The notes under the pieces: generated by a model | The model's database searches: none | What the model saw: only the letters and a program-made list of their open reading frames with translations | Told to the model about the DNA's origin: nothing | Shown: in pieces, positions 31,519-42,047 of the stretch | How positions within the stretch are numbered: position 1 is the first letter of the stretch | Layout of the letters: the number at the start of each line of letters is the position of its first letter | DNA from: an uncultured virus (IMG/VR IMGVR_UViG_3300005405_000008) | Lineage: Duplodnaviria; Heunggongvirae; Uroviricota; Caudoviricetes | DNA length: 64,000 nucleotides | Strand: one strand, 5' to 3' | IMG/VR virus record: IMGVR_UViG_3300005405_000008 | Coordinates: 1-64,000 of that record | Made by a program: the position numbers and the translations under genes

Positions 31519-34074
31519 CTATGATATCTGTCTAATCTTCAACCAGTTACCCAATGAGGCCGTAACTGTCGCGCTATCGTTTGTGCATCTAAGTCCGATC
31601 TGTGTGTCAACTGTACATTCCAATATAGCAAATGCAGGACTTCCTGTTCCTGCTGACCCTGCAACATCGGCATTATTACCTTGTTCACCTGTATAACTAG
31701 ATGTTGTGTAGTTATAAAATTGATAACTTATTCCAGCATCATTTTCATTCAAGAGTTGTACCCCCATTAATTCATAAACCCCGGGATACAGTGTATACTG
31801 TCCATTACCATGATTGGTTTTAATCCCATTTGACACAACACCTGAACTGAAGTTAAGTAATATATTAGCTGCTGGATTAACTGCCACTATATTACTTGCT
31901 TTTAGATATGCAAGGTTGCTAACTTTATCCCATCTTGTGCCGTTATAAATATACTTACCAGAACTTTCATCTGTCACATACACCTCAAGTCCAGAAATAG
32001 GAGAAATAATCGCATCTTTTTGTGCTCTCGTCATCTTTGGTACAAGAAATCCACCAGTAGTACTAACAATCTTAAAATTAGCATCATTTTCTAATGCTAG
32101 ATTTATATCAAATTCTCCGTCTCCCATAAACCCTAATCTTGTATCATCTGGTTTTTTCCACTCAAAAAAACCCGTCCTAGTACCACCAGAATTCATTGTT
32201 ACATAACCATTAGTTCCATCAGCCGTACTGACTATATTAGTAACAACATCATTGGTTGTTAATTTTCCGTTAGTATCTACTTTAAATACAGATATATCAT
32301 TGTTATCTAACCCATTGATAATATTAGTTGTTCCATCAGTAGTCGTACCTTTAATGGTTACTTTATCATTAATATTTGGTTCGGTTGTACCAATTCCCAC
32401 ATTCCCTGAAAACGGCAATATACTCATTCTAGGAATCTGAACATTACTATTCGAACCAGCAGGTGTACTAAAATCCATTCTGCAACCATCACCCCATGCA
32501 CCAACTGGTATTTTTGTTGAAACAGAAGCATAAAACATATCATTTCCTAAATTAAGCGCACTAATTTCATAATCAGAACCAGAACCATTTTGTCCAACAA
32601 ATTCATTTGTTACACCTAATTTTGTCGGTGTAATAGTATTTTTAGTATGAACATTTAGTCCTGATGAAGAAGTTGAGTTAATGGTATTTAAGGTAATACT
32701 ATCTGTACATGCCGTTGATCCAATTTGCGTAATTTTAAAATATGACCTAGTAAGTGCTATACCAGTAATACCTGCAACAGTACCTGTTGTCATTACTTTT
32801 ACTGACATATTTTGAGTAGGAGTAATAATAGCTTTTGTTGGTAAACTAGAATCTGCTGACGCACTTTGTACAGGAACAGATAAACCTGTAGTACTAGTTG
32901 GTAAATAAGTTCCAACAGAATCAGTCCAAACATATTCTGCCCAAACAGAACCAGTATTCCCATTAAACTCTATAAATGCTTCTAACTCATATGTGCTACC
33001 TACTTTCAGGTAAAACATATTATTTGATACTTCAATATTTCCAACTACTAGAGAAACTGGAATAATAGTATTTGCAGTAGTAACATTAGAAGTAACTCTT
33101 GCAAAACAATAGTCTACAGTTTGAATTACTGTAGCTTGGTGACTTATTTCTTCAACTTCTAACCAAGCTGTTGTAATACTAGAAATATTAGAAGAAACTG
33201 TTAATCTAGGAGATATTTGAGTTTCAACAATTGGAGTAAAAGTATATTCTGTTTCTAAAATTTTAGCTTCATTAGTATTTCTTGTGATTGGATTTGCGGA
33301 ACCAGAAATTCCAACAAATTGTGATGCTGTTATGTTATAAAATTTTAACTCTGCATAAGCATTATCAGATGAAAATGTCATCATATTAATTGCACATCTA
33401 AGTCTATATTTAATATTTGCTTTTAATTTAACAATTCCTGTAGATGTATCATATGAAATATCAGTACCTTGGGAATCCTCGACAGTAGGAAATTTTATAT
33501 TTGTATTATCTGCAATTGCAACTGTTGTTCCTCTAGTTACTTTTAAATAACTTGCACTTGACCCTGTACTATTACGATTATCAGCACTAATATGTATTTT
33601 ACCAACTGCTGTGCTAGTTAAAGTCACACAATCATTTTGCCCGTATAAATAGATAGAATTTGTACTACCATCAATTATTTCAGTTCCATTAGCAATTATT
33701 CTTAATGTATAATTTGAGTTATCAGTTCTTTTTACGCATAAACTCTGTCCAATAGTTAGTGATGTAGAAGATGGTAGAATTACTGTGACATTATTCAATG
33801 ATGCATCAACTAAAATTAACTTGTTAAATGCAGTTATTATATTTGTTGCAGATGCTACATTTTGAACAGTCAATGAACCAGATCCTCCACCTAATCCAGC
33901 AGACCACGTATTTCCATCCCATGTATATATTTTTTTAGTTGTAATATCGTTATGTATTAAAAAATGAGATGGTGTATCTGTTGGAATACCAACATCAGCA
34001 CTTTCTCTATAATTTGATTTTGAAGTCCAATTGGCTACAATCCAATCATAAATTTGGTCACTAGTCATTGACAT
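31519..34074 (-). CDS. Tail fibre / receptor-binding-like protein
   Basis: Ser/Thr-rich beta repeats; GNVGIGTTEP and GGFLVPKMTRAQKDAI fibre motifs. Confidence 0.7.
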   Translation of the reverse strand: MSMTSDQIYDWIVANWTSKSNYRESADVGIPTDTPSHFLIHNDITTKKIYTWDGNTWSAGLGGGSGSLTVQNVASATNIITAFNKLILVDASLNNVTVILPSSTSLTIGQSLCVKRTDNSNYTLRIIANGTEIIDGSTNSIYLYGQNDCVTLTSTAVGKIHISADNRNSTGSSASYLKVTRGTTVAIADNTNIKFPTVEDSQGTDISYDTSTGIVKLKANIKYRLRCAINMMTFSSDNAYAELKFYNITASQFVGISGSANPITRNTNEAKILETEYTFTPIVETQISPRLTVSSNISSITTAWLEVEEISHQATVIQTVDYCFARVTSNVTTANTIIPVSLVVGNIEVSNNMFYLKVGSTYELEAFIEFNGNTGSVWAEYVWTDSVGTYLPTSTTGLSVPVQSASADSSLPTKAIITPTQNMSVKVMTTGTVAGITGIALTRSYFKITQIGSTACTDSITLNTINSTSSSGLNVHTKNTITPTKLGVTNEFVGQNGSGSDYEISALNLGNDMFYASVSTKIPVGAWGDGCRMDFSTPAGSNSNVQIPRMSILPFSGNVGIGTTEPNINDKVTIKGTTTDGTTNIINGLDNNDISVFKVDTNGKLTTNDVVTNIVSTADGTNGYVTMNSGGTRTGFFEWKKPDDTRLGFMGDGEFDINLALENDANFKIVSTTGGFLVPKMTRAQKDAIISPISGLEVYVTDESSGKYIYNGTRWDKVSNLAYLKASNIVAVNPAANILLNFSSGVVSNGIKTNHGNGQYTLYPGVYELMGVQLLNENDAGISYQFYNYTTSSYTGEQGNNADVAGSAGTGSPAFAILECTVDTQIGLRCTNDSATVTASLGNWLKIRQIS

Positions 34075-34099
34075 TACTTTAACCTCCTTTATTTTTACA

Positions 34100-35572
34100 T
34101 TAAAAAGAAGTGGATAAATTATTAACCACTTCTTGGTTTTCGTTATTTATATACTTGAAAATAAATCCTTTGTGTGATTTTTGTTTACCATTACAAACTA
34201 GAGATATACAAGACTGTAATAATTTTACTCCAAAGCAAGCTTCACTTTTTCTTTCTATATCATTTGTGCTTTCAAAAATTCCTAAAGATGTATCATTCTT
34301 AAATACCTCAACTTTCCTAATATTTACTTTATGACCTAACGATTTCATTCTCTCATTATTTGGATTATAATTACACCAACCAAATTTACTTCCTTCTTTT
34401 AAATATTTACATATTGTACTACGATTTAAATGTAATAATAAACCGATATCAGATGTTGATAAATTTTCGTTTTCTTTTTTTATTTCACAAGCTTTTTTTA
34501 CTAAATTACTTAAAGCAAATTCATCACATTTTATCCAATCAATGCTTGAAAGTTCTAATATATTTAACAATTTTGTATTAAATATATTAGTTTTTATATA
34601 ATCTATATCAGAAATTTTACAGTCAATTCTAATAATATCTATATTATTAATATTTGCTAGGTTATCTTTATAATTATCAATGTTTAGTGCATATTCTACG
34701 GTATATATTGAATTATTATATACTACTTTATTTCCGTGACCAATACCACCATCCATTTCGACAATATATTTTTTATTACCTAATTCAAAATAAAAATCAT
34801 ATCTTAATGGTTTAATCCAATCTGGAGAATATTCACTTAAAAAATCAATATGTAATTGTTCCAATATATTAAACATTATTTTTTCTGGATAACTCCTACC
34901 GTCTTTACAAGTACACCTTATTGTTTTATTTGTATAAATTGAATTAATAGACATAGGTCTATTCTTTATTCTTCCGCAATCAGGACAAATCGGGAAAATT
35001 GTTTTACTGCTTGATTTTGTATATAGTTTTGCTTCATCGTATCCACCTTGAAAATACTTAACCATCCAAAGGGCAGTTGTTGGGATATCATTAATTCCTT
35101 CAATAACTTTTTTAGGAGTTATACCGCAACAGGAGCATCCAATTCCTTTTAATAAATTATGTTCTATTAACCAATCTTCATGTCCACATTTATTACAATG
35201 ATATTTATATATCTTATCAAAACACTTATTATTCGCACTTATATGTTTTTCCCTGTCTATAATAATAAAATCTTGTTTTTTGTTTTTTATAGTTTTGCCT
35301 AATTTAATTTTAAATTCACTAGTTATTTTTCCTAACAATTTACCAAAAGCACAATCAGAAAAATTATCAGTATTAATTTCAAAAATCTCATTATCGAGAT
35401 ATTTAATATACAATTTATGCTTCTTATAATTATAATCAACTATTGTAACATAACCAGAAATATCATCATATATAAATTTACATTCTTTACCGATAGAATT
35501 TAACCAATTATATCTGCTTTTATTTTTTGGTATATTAGTTAAATCTATATGTTTATATAAATCTTTTTTCAT
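34100..35572 (-). CDS. Zn-ribbon + PD-(D/E)xK + NUMOD1 homing-endonuclease-like protein
   Basis: CNKC/CSCC/CPDC fingers; RYDFYF...IVEMDGGIGH; C-terminal ISLVCNGKQKSHKGFIFKY. Confidence 0.8.
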   Translation of the reverse strand: MKKDLYKHIDLTNIPKNKSRYNWLNSIGKECKFIYDDISGYVTIVDYNYKKHKLYIKYLDNEIFEINTDNFSDCAFGKLLGKITSEFKIKLGKTIKNKKQDFIIIDREKHISANNKCFDKIYKYHCNKCGHEDWLIEHNLLKGIGCSCCGITPKKVIEGINDIPTTALWMVKYFQGGYDEAKLYTKSSSKTIFPICPDCGRIKNRPMSINSIYTNKTIRCTCKDGRSYPEKIMFNILEQLHIDFLSEYSPDWIKPLRYDFYFELGNKKYIVEMDGGIGHGNKVVYNNSIYTVEYALNIDNYKDNLANINNIDIIRIDCKISDIDYIKTNIFNTKLLNILELSSIDWIKCDEFALSNLVKKACEIKKENENLSTSDIGLLLHLNRSTICKYLKEGSKFGWCNYNPNNERMKSLGHKVNIRKVEVFKNDTSLGIFESTNDIERKSEACFGVKLLQSCISLVCNGKQKSHKGFIFKYINNENQEVVNNLSTSF

Positions 35573-35676
35573 TTATTTCTCCTTTTCTGTCAAAAAGTTT
35601 TACATGGAAAAGAGTCATGTGACAGCATGACTCTTGTTTTACGTCTAATAAATTTGCAACCTTATTAGACAACCAT
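35573..35676 (-). promoter_or_regulatory. Three-way-junction antisense leader
   Basis: AUGG/CCAU closing stem; P2 GUCUAAUAAG-GUUGCAAA-UUUAUUAGAC; P3 AAGAGUCAUG-CUGUCA-CAUGACUCUU. The loop pairs with UGACAG, which abuts the SD AAAAGGAG. Confidence 0.75.
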
Positions 35677-35688
35677 TTTTATTACAAA

Positions 35689-38600
35689 TTAATAAATTTC
35701 AGATATGTTAATCTCACAATCAACTCCCGTTGTATATCCGAATGATTTTACTGCATCTGGAATTAAGAAATTCAAACCATCTGCACTTATACTCCATTTA
35801 TCAGCAGTAGCTAAAACCACACTGGAATAAGTAATATATTCTTTAGCAATTTCGAATATTGGCGTACTTAATATTTTTCCTGATACTACACACTTAGTAA
35901 CATCTGTAACCATAGTTCCAATTACTTTTGATAATTCAGAGTAAGTAAAATTCAAAACAATATTAGCAAATCCTCTAATATAATAGTTGATTGGAATACT
36001 TACAGAATCAATTCCACTAAGTCCTGTAACTACTAAATTTGTTGTATTTGCTGTATTAGAATGTGTATCTGAGGATTGTGCCGATATACCTAATCCATAT
36101 GTTGTTGTATAAGTCGAAGTTGTTCCAGTTACCAGTGTTCCGGCAGTTAATGCTGAAATACTTTTAATTTTTACCTTTTGACTAAAAGTAAGGGTATTTG
36201 TAACAGTGCCAACGCCCGACATTACATTATAAGTTAATAAACTTTGTGAAGACAATACAGGAGCGATATTTGCAATAAAAATACATCCATTTACACTTAC
36301 ACTTGAACCGTTACTATCTTTTCTAGCAACACCAGTAAAATTATCAATATTATCAACATAACTTCCACCAATTCTAGTTGCTGTAAAAGCACCAGTAGTA
36401 GAATTAACTCCACTTATTGAAATATCTGAACCAATAGCAGTCACAATTACACTTGTTTGATTTGAAGTATTAAATGTAACACTTGCAGTTTCGCTATTTT
36501 TTAATGCAGTTTGAGTTGATGGATATGTTATTGTATTCACACTAATTGTAGGAGTTAAGTCATTGCATATAATACTATTTGAACTTTCTACATAATCAGA
36601 CCAAGACCCAGTAGGACTTTTCACACGTACTTTAATTGTTTTACTAGATGATACTAAACCAGTAGATGCTACCGTAAATGTTAAATCAGTAAATGTCGCA
36701 CCTTGTGTTACATTTATAATTTTAGATGATCCTGCACCATAAGATGCTACCTCCACAGCAACAATATCTTTATCCGATATGATATCAAATGTCATAATGT
36801 CTCCAACTTTAACCTCTGTTTGTTGAACAGACCATGAAGATATGGGATAATCAGTTGGAGTATTATTTAGTGTTAATGTTGTAATTATTGGAGGAGTTTC
36901 TACAACTACACCTACTCTATAACTTGCTGTTCCAAAAGTTGCGGTTATTGCATTATCAGTAATTTCGCTAGTTGTAACTATCACTGTTCCGGTAAAAGTT
37001 CCTCCACCAACATTTGTAATATTTATTACATCAATACCATTAACTTTAGGTTGACCACAATATTCTTCTGACCCTCTATCCCAAATTACTGTAACTGTCC
37101 ATGTATCATCATCGGATGCAATACTATTTATTGTTGCTTCATTAGGATAATCGTTCATAGTTTTACTTACATTTTTACCTAAAGTGTTAGGTGTAATATT
37201 TGTAATAAAAATTGCACCATTTGAAACAACTTCATTTGAAATTACAACATAATCTTCTTCTTGTATATATTGAGTCGGTAAAATTTCCGTATAATCAAAA
37301 GTTTCAACTACATAGCAATGATCACGTTTACTTATTATTTGAGTATTTATTATCCCATCATTGGTAAAAATATAATGCTGTCCATTTGTGCCAGTTTGTA
37401 GCAATGAAAAGTCTTCACAAGAAATCGGAACCAATGGAGATGCACCACCAGAAATAGCAGATACAACCTTAGATAATGAAGATACTGATTTTGCAGAAGC
37501 ATATAATATACTACTATCTGTTGTCATACTGTCAGTTTTCTTTGTATTCTCAGTAACCCAATCTTGAGTCGCTAATTTTTCAAATGCAGCAGTTTCTCTG
37601 ATAATACTGCCCATAGGATAAAATTTCGGATCTCCAACTTGATTATTGTTAGTAATAGACCCTTTAATTGTTACGGCATTGCTAAATTCTATATTTAAAT
37701 AAAAGGGAGTATCTTTATCAATTGGGAATGGTTCATAAAAAACAATGTTATTTACACCAATAGATACTGATAAGCCTAATCCCTTTTTAAAATTTATATA
37801 ATTTATAGTTTCAAACATTATGTCGTCTTGGTCATCTGACTCAACCCATACACGAACAGTTGTACCACTTGGAACAGATATTAAATCAAGTCCACTAATT
37901 CCAGTATAAAAACCATGTACTAATGGCTGATATCTTGTTGTGAACTTTGTTATTGATTGAGCATTAGAAGTTCCTTCAGAATCAGTACATGAATTTAAAA
38001 CAAATGTAGAATCAACGCCAGTTGGATACATAGAAAAATATAATCCATTACTAATTAAACCAGCACGACCATAATAATTTCCAATTAAAACTCCATTATC
38101 ATCAACTGATGTTTTCAATAAAGTTCTTGAAGTTCCATCTCCTTTTAAACCTTGGATACTCCCTTGCCATTCCGTCAATATGAATTTATCGGATTTTACG
38201 GATGCTCCAAAACTAGTAATTAAATTATATTGAGAATTATATTCATCATATCTATAAAATGATAAATCATCATCTTCTTTTATAATTTTCCATGAATTCA
38301 CTGCATTTTTTGTTCCAAGATTTAATTCACCATTTTTAAATGTATCAAGAGAATCTATAAAATCTATTAAATCTTGTAATGTAGTGCCTGTAAACGTTGC
38401 AAGATTTTCAATAAGATTAGTTTTATTAACTGTTATTTTATTTGCTGTATCGAATCCTGTATGATTAGTACGATCTAAATAATAATTTCCATCATTAAAT
38501 GTAGAATCTGTACTATTTTTTAGTTTTTCTGATTTGTCAACTATACCATTATTATTTGTATCATAAGTTGATCTAAACATTGTGTCTGTAGATGATAAAT

Positions 38601-38739
38601 CCCAATCAAAAAACATTCCATTGACTAAGTTGAATCTAATGATACTTGTGTCTGGTATAGATTGAACTGTGTCTATGCCTATGGTGCCATATTTTATAGC
38701 ATTTGTTTTTGATAAACCACGAGCAATTAAATCTACCAT
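35689..38739 (-). CDS. Large beta-rich virion/fibre protein
   Basis: 1016 aa, Thr/Ser/Val-rich; YDTNNNGIVDKSE and YLDRTNHTG motifs occur in phage fibre proteins. Confidence 0.6.
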   Translation of the reverse strand: MVDLIARGLSKTNAIKYGTIGIDTVQSIPDTSIIRFNLVNGMFFDWDLSSTDTMFRSTYDTNNNGIVDKSEKLKNSTDSTFNDGNYYLDRTNHTGFDTANKITVNKTNLIENLATFTGTTLQDLIDFIDSLDTFKNGELNLGTKNAVNSWKIIKEDDDLSFYRYDEYNSQYNLITSFGASVKSDKFILTEWQGSIQGLKGDGTSRTLLKTSVDDNGVLIGNYYGRAGLISNGLYFSMYPTGVDSTFVLNSCTDSEGTSNAQSITKFTTRYQPLVHGFYTGISGLDLISVPSGTTVRVWVESDDQDDIMFETINYINFKKGLGLSVSIGVNNIVFYEPFPIDKDTPFYLNIEFSNAVTIKGSITNNNQVGDPKFYPMGSIIRETAAFEKLATQDWVTENTKKTDSMTTDSSILYASAKSVSSLSKVVSAISGGASPLVPISCEDFSLLQTGTNGQHYIFTNDGIINTQIISKRDHCYVVETFDYTEILPTQYIQEEDYVVISNEVVSNGAIFITNITPNTLGKNVSKTMNDYPNEATINSIASDDDTWTVTVIWDRGSEEYCGQPKVNGIDVINITNVGGGTFTGTVIVTTSEITDNAITATFGTASYRVGVVVETPPIITTLTLNNTPTDYPISSWSVQQTEVKVGDIMTFDIISDKDIVAVEVASYGAGSSKIINVTQGATFTDLTFTVASTGLVSSSKTIKVRVKSPTGSWSDYVESSNSIICNDLTPTISVNTITYPSTQTALKNSETASVTFNTSNQTSVIVTAIGSDISISGVNSTTGAFTATRIGGSYVDNIDNFTGVARKDSNGSSVSVNGCIFIANIAPVLSSQSLLTYNVMSGVGTVTNTLTFSQKVKIKSISALTAGTLVTGTTSTYTTTYGLGISAQSSDTHSNTANTTNLVVTGLSGIDSVSIPINYYIRGFANIVLNFTYSELSKVIGTMVTDVTKCVVSGKILSTPIFEIAKEYITYSSVVLATADKWSISADGLNFLIPDAVKSFGYTTGVDCEINISEIY

Positions 38740-39096
38740 CTACTCAATCACCTTCCCTTGAACACTTAAACTCCCACCATCTATAGAAACAAGATTCACA
38801 CGGAAACTTGATTTCCCTGTTAAATCGATTGTAAACAATTTACCACTTGTTTCTGTAGCACTAAGGACTAAATCCATTTTTGTTTCATCCCAAACTGGTA
38901 TAGAAACATAATCACCGATTAATCCTTTTGCTTCAAAATGTATAGTGTAGGTTACTGGTGTTGATTCGACTGTTGGTATAGTTTGCAATGCTAAAACTAA
39001 TATTGTGTTTGATCCAACATTAGCAATTTTGTATTCATCTCCATTACCTGCTTCTGTAGCAACATTATGAAAAACCCAATGTGCTCTTACTGACAT
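38740..39096 (-). CDS. Small beta-sandwich structural protein
   Basis: Resembles the N-terminal module of the 28390-30072 protein (xRVxV...GxVxVxG); abuts the next gene. Confidence 0.55.
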   Translation of the reverse strand: MSVRAHWVFHNVATEAGNGDEYKIANVGSNTILVLALQTIPTVESTPVTYTIHFEAKGLIGDYVSIPVWDETKMDLVLSATETSGKLFTIDLTGKSSFRVNLVSIDGGSLSVQGKVIE

Positions 39097-39193
39097 AGTA
39101 TTTTCACCCTTTCTTTTTTGATTCTTAGATTATTAGATTCTTTGGATTTTGAGATTATTGTTTGGAATATAGATTTATTGAAAAATAAAAAAT

Positions 39194-39238
39194 AAGGGGA
39201 GGTAAGATGGATTTTTATGTCCATTCCACCTCCCCTTA
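39194..39238 (-). terminator. Hairpin/terminator after the HNH gene
   Basis: TAAGGGGAGGT...ACCTCCCCTTA with a T-rich tail on the minus strand. Confidence 0.6.
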
Positions 39239-39351
39239 TATTTTGATGTTTTGTTGTTGGTTTTGTGAGTTGTTTTTTTGTTTGTTGGTAATAATTATAG
39301 ATTTGTACATTATCTATAATTATTTATTTGTGAGTTTATTTATTAATATTT

Positions 39352-40362
39352 TCATTTTGCTAATAGGAGAGATGTGAATTCTCCATTGTTATAACGTTGT
39401 TGGAATTCTGTGAATTGTTCTGGAATGTTATTGCCATAAGAATAAAGTGAGTGAAAAAGTTTGTGGACATTATCGGACAAACAGACACCTAACCCGTATT
39501 TATAATGTAATTCTAAACATCTGTCTTTTAATAACTTTAATTGATCATCCGGTAAATCTTCCACTTTAATTTTAGTAAAATCCATATCTAATTTTAATTC
39601 TTGAATTAATTCTTGCAATATTAAATTAAATGAATATAAATGATGTACTATAGTCGTTGTATTATTAGTCAAAACACACTTTCCATTATAAAATAATATT
39701 GAATCTTTTTTCCATTGCAATATATGTTGTCTAAGATAGTTGTGAAGTGGAGTAATTCCACCTTGATAATTCCAATTTCCTTCTCCAGAAATATTTTCTG
39801 CCCGACAATATTTACAACCTACGTCTTTTGTGGTATGGAAATGCTCTTTTTCTTGAATAATATTTGGATGATTATTGCATATACATTTCATAGATTGTCT
39901 TGAATTAATATATTCATCTTCTGTTGTCAAAAGTGTAAAATTCATATTCTCAAAATCTCGTTTTACCTTCTCAAAATCATTTCGTTTTAATAATCTAAGA
40001 TGTTCTCTATATTCAGGTATTTGTGAAGTATTTTCATATCCATAATTAATTAAATTACATTCTTTTATCTTAATATATTTACAATCATTACAAGCATCTT
40101 TATTAACTACATATGTATTTTTGCTATTAATGTAAGAATAATAAGGTTTTGGAAATACTTTTTCACAATAATCACATTTAACATCTACTTTATTATGTGA
40201 TTGTAATGGTAAATGTTCTATCTTAATTTTTATTTCAGTTCCTTTTTTGACTCTTTGTTTACCACTAGTGTCTTTATATTTTGGAATGTTATATCCCAAT
40301 TGTTCATAATAATTAATATTTTTTGATGAAAGTTTTATATTTAACTCTTTAGTTTCTAACAT
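39352..40362 (-). CDS. Free-standing HNH-type homing endonuclease
   Basis: CVLT...IVHHLYSFN...GVCLSDNVHKLFHSLY; N-terminal CDYC/CNDC finger. Confidence 0.8.
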   Translation of the reverse strand: MLETKELNIKLSSKNINYYEQLGYNIPKYKDTSGKQRVKKGTEIKIKIEHLPLQSHNKVDVKCDYCEKVFPKPYYSYINSKNTYVVNKDACNDCKYIKIKECNLINYGYENTSQIPEYREHLRLLKRNDFEKVKRDFENMNFTLLTTEDEYINSRQSMKCICNNHPNIIQEKEHFHTTKDVGCKYCRAENISGEGNWNYQGGITPLHNYLRQHILQWKKDSILFYNGKCVLTNNTTTIVHHLYSFNLILQELIQELKLDMDFTKIKVEDLPDDQLKLLKDRCLELHYKYGLGVCLSDNVHKLFHSLYSYGNNIPEQFTEFQQRYNNGEFTSLLLAK

Positions 40363-40469
40363 ATTATTTTCTCCTTCCCGAATCAGAGAATGGGAAAGAA
40401 GACTATATCTCGGATAATATAGTCTTCTTAATTACACTTATAAATTTGCGCAAATTTATAAGAAACCAT
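40363..40469 (-). promoter_or_regulatory. Three-way-junction antisense leader
   Basis: AUGG/CCAU closing stem; P2 CUUAUAAAUUUGCGCAAAUUUAUAAG; P3 AAGAAGACUAUAU-UAUCCGAG-AUAUAGUCUUCUU. Loop UCCGA pairs with UCGGG, which abuts the SD AAGGAG. Confidence 0.72.
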
Positions 40470-40494
40470 TTTTTAGTTTGTTAAATCTAAAATA

Positions 40495-40917
40495 CTATTC
40501 ATAAATTGGAAATATTTTAAAATCTTCTTTTCCAATTTCGCTTTCGTATTTTACTTTTATATATTCTTTAATTTTTCCCCTATTAAGTAAATTTTCTATT
40601 TGAATAGAAATCCCATACCCTTTAAAGTCAATGGCGAATGTATTATCTCTTAACCAAAGCACTTTGCAATATTCTTCATTTGAATCATTAATAATATTTA
40701 AATTAATGTTATTATCTTTTTCTATATTATTTTTTATTTTTACCATATTGTTAATCCTTACCTTACAATTAATATAATTATTTGTATTTAAAATACACTG
40801 TTCAATAATACACCATCTTACAAAACAACAATTTTCTTTTAATATATTACAAAATATACTTTGATTTATACTATCTATTTTTATTGTTCCGTGTTCACAT
40901 ATATTCATAAAATTCAC
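40495..40917 (-). CDS. Hypothetical protein with a Cys-rich N-terminus
   Basis: ORF with AGGTG SD directly after the tail-tube gene. Confidence 0.55.
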   Translation of the reverse strand: MNFMNICEHGTIKIDSINQSIFCNILKENCCFVRWCIIEQCILNTNNYINCKVRINNMVKIKNNIEKDNNINLNIINDSNEEYCKVLWLRDNTFAIDFKGYGISIQIENLLNRGKIKEYIKVKYESEIGKEDFKIFPIYE

Positions 40918-40976
40918 CTAAACAATATAAATAATAGAGGATGTTAAACTCTATTATTTATATTTTATTTATTTAA

Positions 40977-42014
40977 TTAAGAAACCGTCACAACCGTTTG
41001 ACCTGTAATAGAAGTTTTCCCGGTGATTGTATAATTTAAGTTTGCACTTCCGGCGGCAACTTTTGTTAAAACTCCATTAGAAACAGTAAATTTAGTTGCA
41101 TCAGATGTTGCCCATGTAATATCTCCATATGGTGGTTTAAACGCAAGTCCATTTGTGGGAATTGCTCTTAAATCTACTGTCAGAGGGGATATAGCGGTGG
41201 TTAAAGTAATAGGGTCTACAGTCAAAGCCAATGCAAAAACGTCATCATACCAGTTAGCCGAATCTAAAACTTCAGTAATTGTTGCATAAATTCCAGAAGA
41301 ACTACATCCTGCAACAGTAGATGCTAGTGCAGTACCTTTAATTGGTGTACTAGAAACACCTGTACTTGTTAAATTTAATTTAGCACTTCCGTCTAGTTGA
41401 AGTCTTGGAACTTCTACAAGGACTTTACCAACTAAAGTTGATGTGCTTGCATTATTAGTATCACCAGAAAACATTTGTGCCTCTATTACAGTCCTAACAA
41501 CATTAGGAATAATATTTGCATTAACATTAATAACTCTGGCTGCTGAATTTGTTGCATAATATCTTACACAAACATTGCCTGTTTGTTGAGTAATTCCAGA
41601 AAATGACTTGGTTGAAAAGGTAATTCTTTGAGTTGTTCCATCGCTTTGTTCGACCCACCCATACACTGTCCCCGTTGATGTGGCTATAGGAGTGCCTAAT
41701 ACCGATCCAGCACCTCCAGTAACCGTTACTGTTTCTTCTACCCAAACTGAACCTCCAGTTGTGATAGTCGATCCAATAGAATTAGCAATCATTGTTAAGT
41801 TAAATTGTTGTTCCTCTTGTGTTAATTCTAACTTACCAGAATGAAAATACACCATTTGTAAAGAATTTCCAATGCCAGCCCTTAACTCTTGTTGGGATGA
41901 TGTAATATCAATTGCGCTATTTAATAATGTTTTTCCTACCCATAAAAGATTATCGTTTGCATCATAGTTAAAAGTTCTTCCCACTCCAGCAATAAACTTT
42001 TTATTAATTGCCAT
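40977..42014 (-). CDS. Major tail (tube) protein with a C-terminal Ig-like domain
   Basis: Follows the neck genes; ELRAGIGNSLQMVYFHS; C-terminal ITWATSDATKFTVSNGVLTKVAAGSANL (Big_2-like). Confidence 0.75.
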   Translation of the reverse strand: MAINKKFIAGVGRTFNYDANDNLLWVGKTLLNSAIDITSSQQELRAGIGNSLQMVYFHSGKLELTQEEQQFNLTMIANSIGSTITTGGSVWVEETVTVTGGAGSVLGTPIATSTGTVYGWVEQSDGTTQRITFSTKSFSGITQQTGNVCVRYYATNSAARVINVNANIIPNVVRTVIEAQMFSGDTNNASTSTLVGKVLVEVPRLQLDGSAKLNLTSTGVSSTPIKGTALASTVAGCSSSGIYATITEVLDSANWYDDVFALALTVDPITLTTAISPLTVDLRAIPTNGLAFKPPYGDITWATSDATKFTVSNGVLTKVAAGSANLNYTITGKTSITGQTVVTVS

Positions 42015-42047
42015 AATTAACATTCCTCCTTAATATTATTTATATAC

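Noticed and set aside
28390..38739. Diversity-generating retroelement or invertible fibre cassette
   Set aside because: No reverse transcriptase, template/variable repeat pair or inverted gene segments seen in the window.
31386..40469. Treating the leader hairpins as simple intrinsic terminators or hammerhead ribozymes
   Set aside because: P3 is followed by only a short U-run, the covarying loop-target pairing is unexplained by termination, and the hammerhead CUGANGA core is absent. A conditional terminator role is not excluded.
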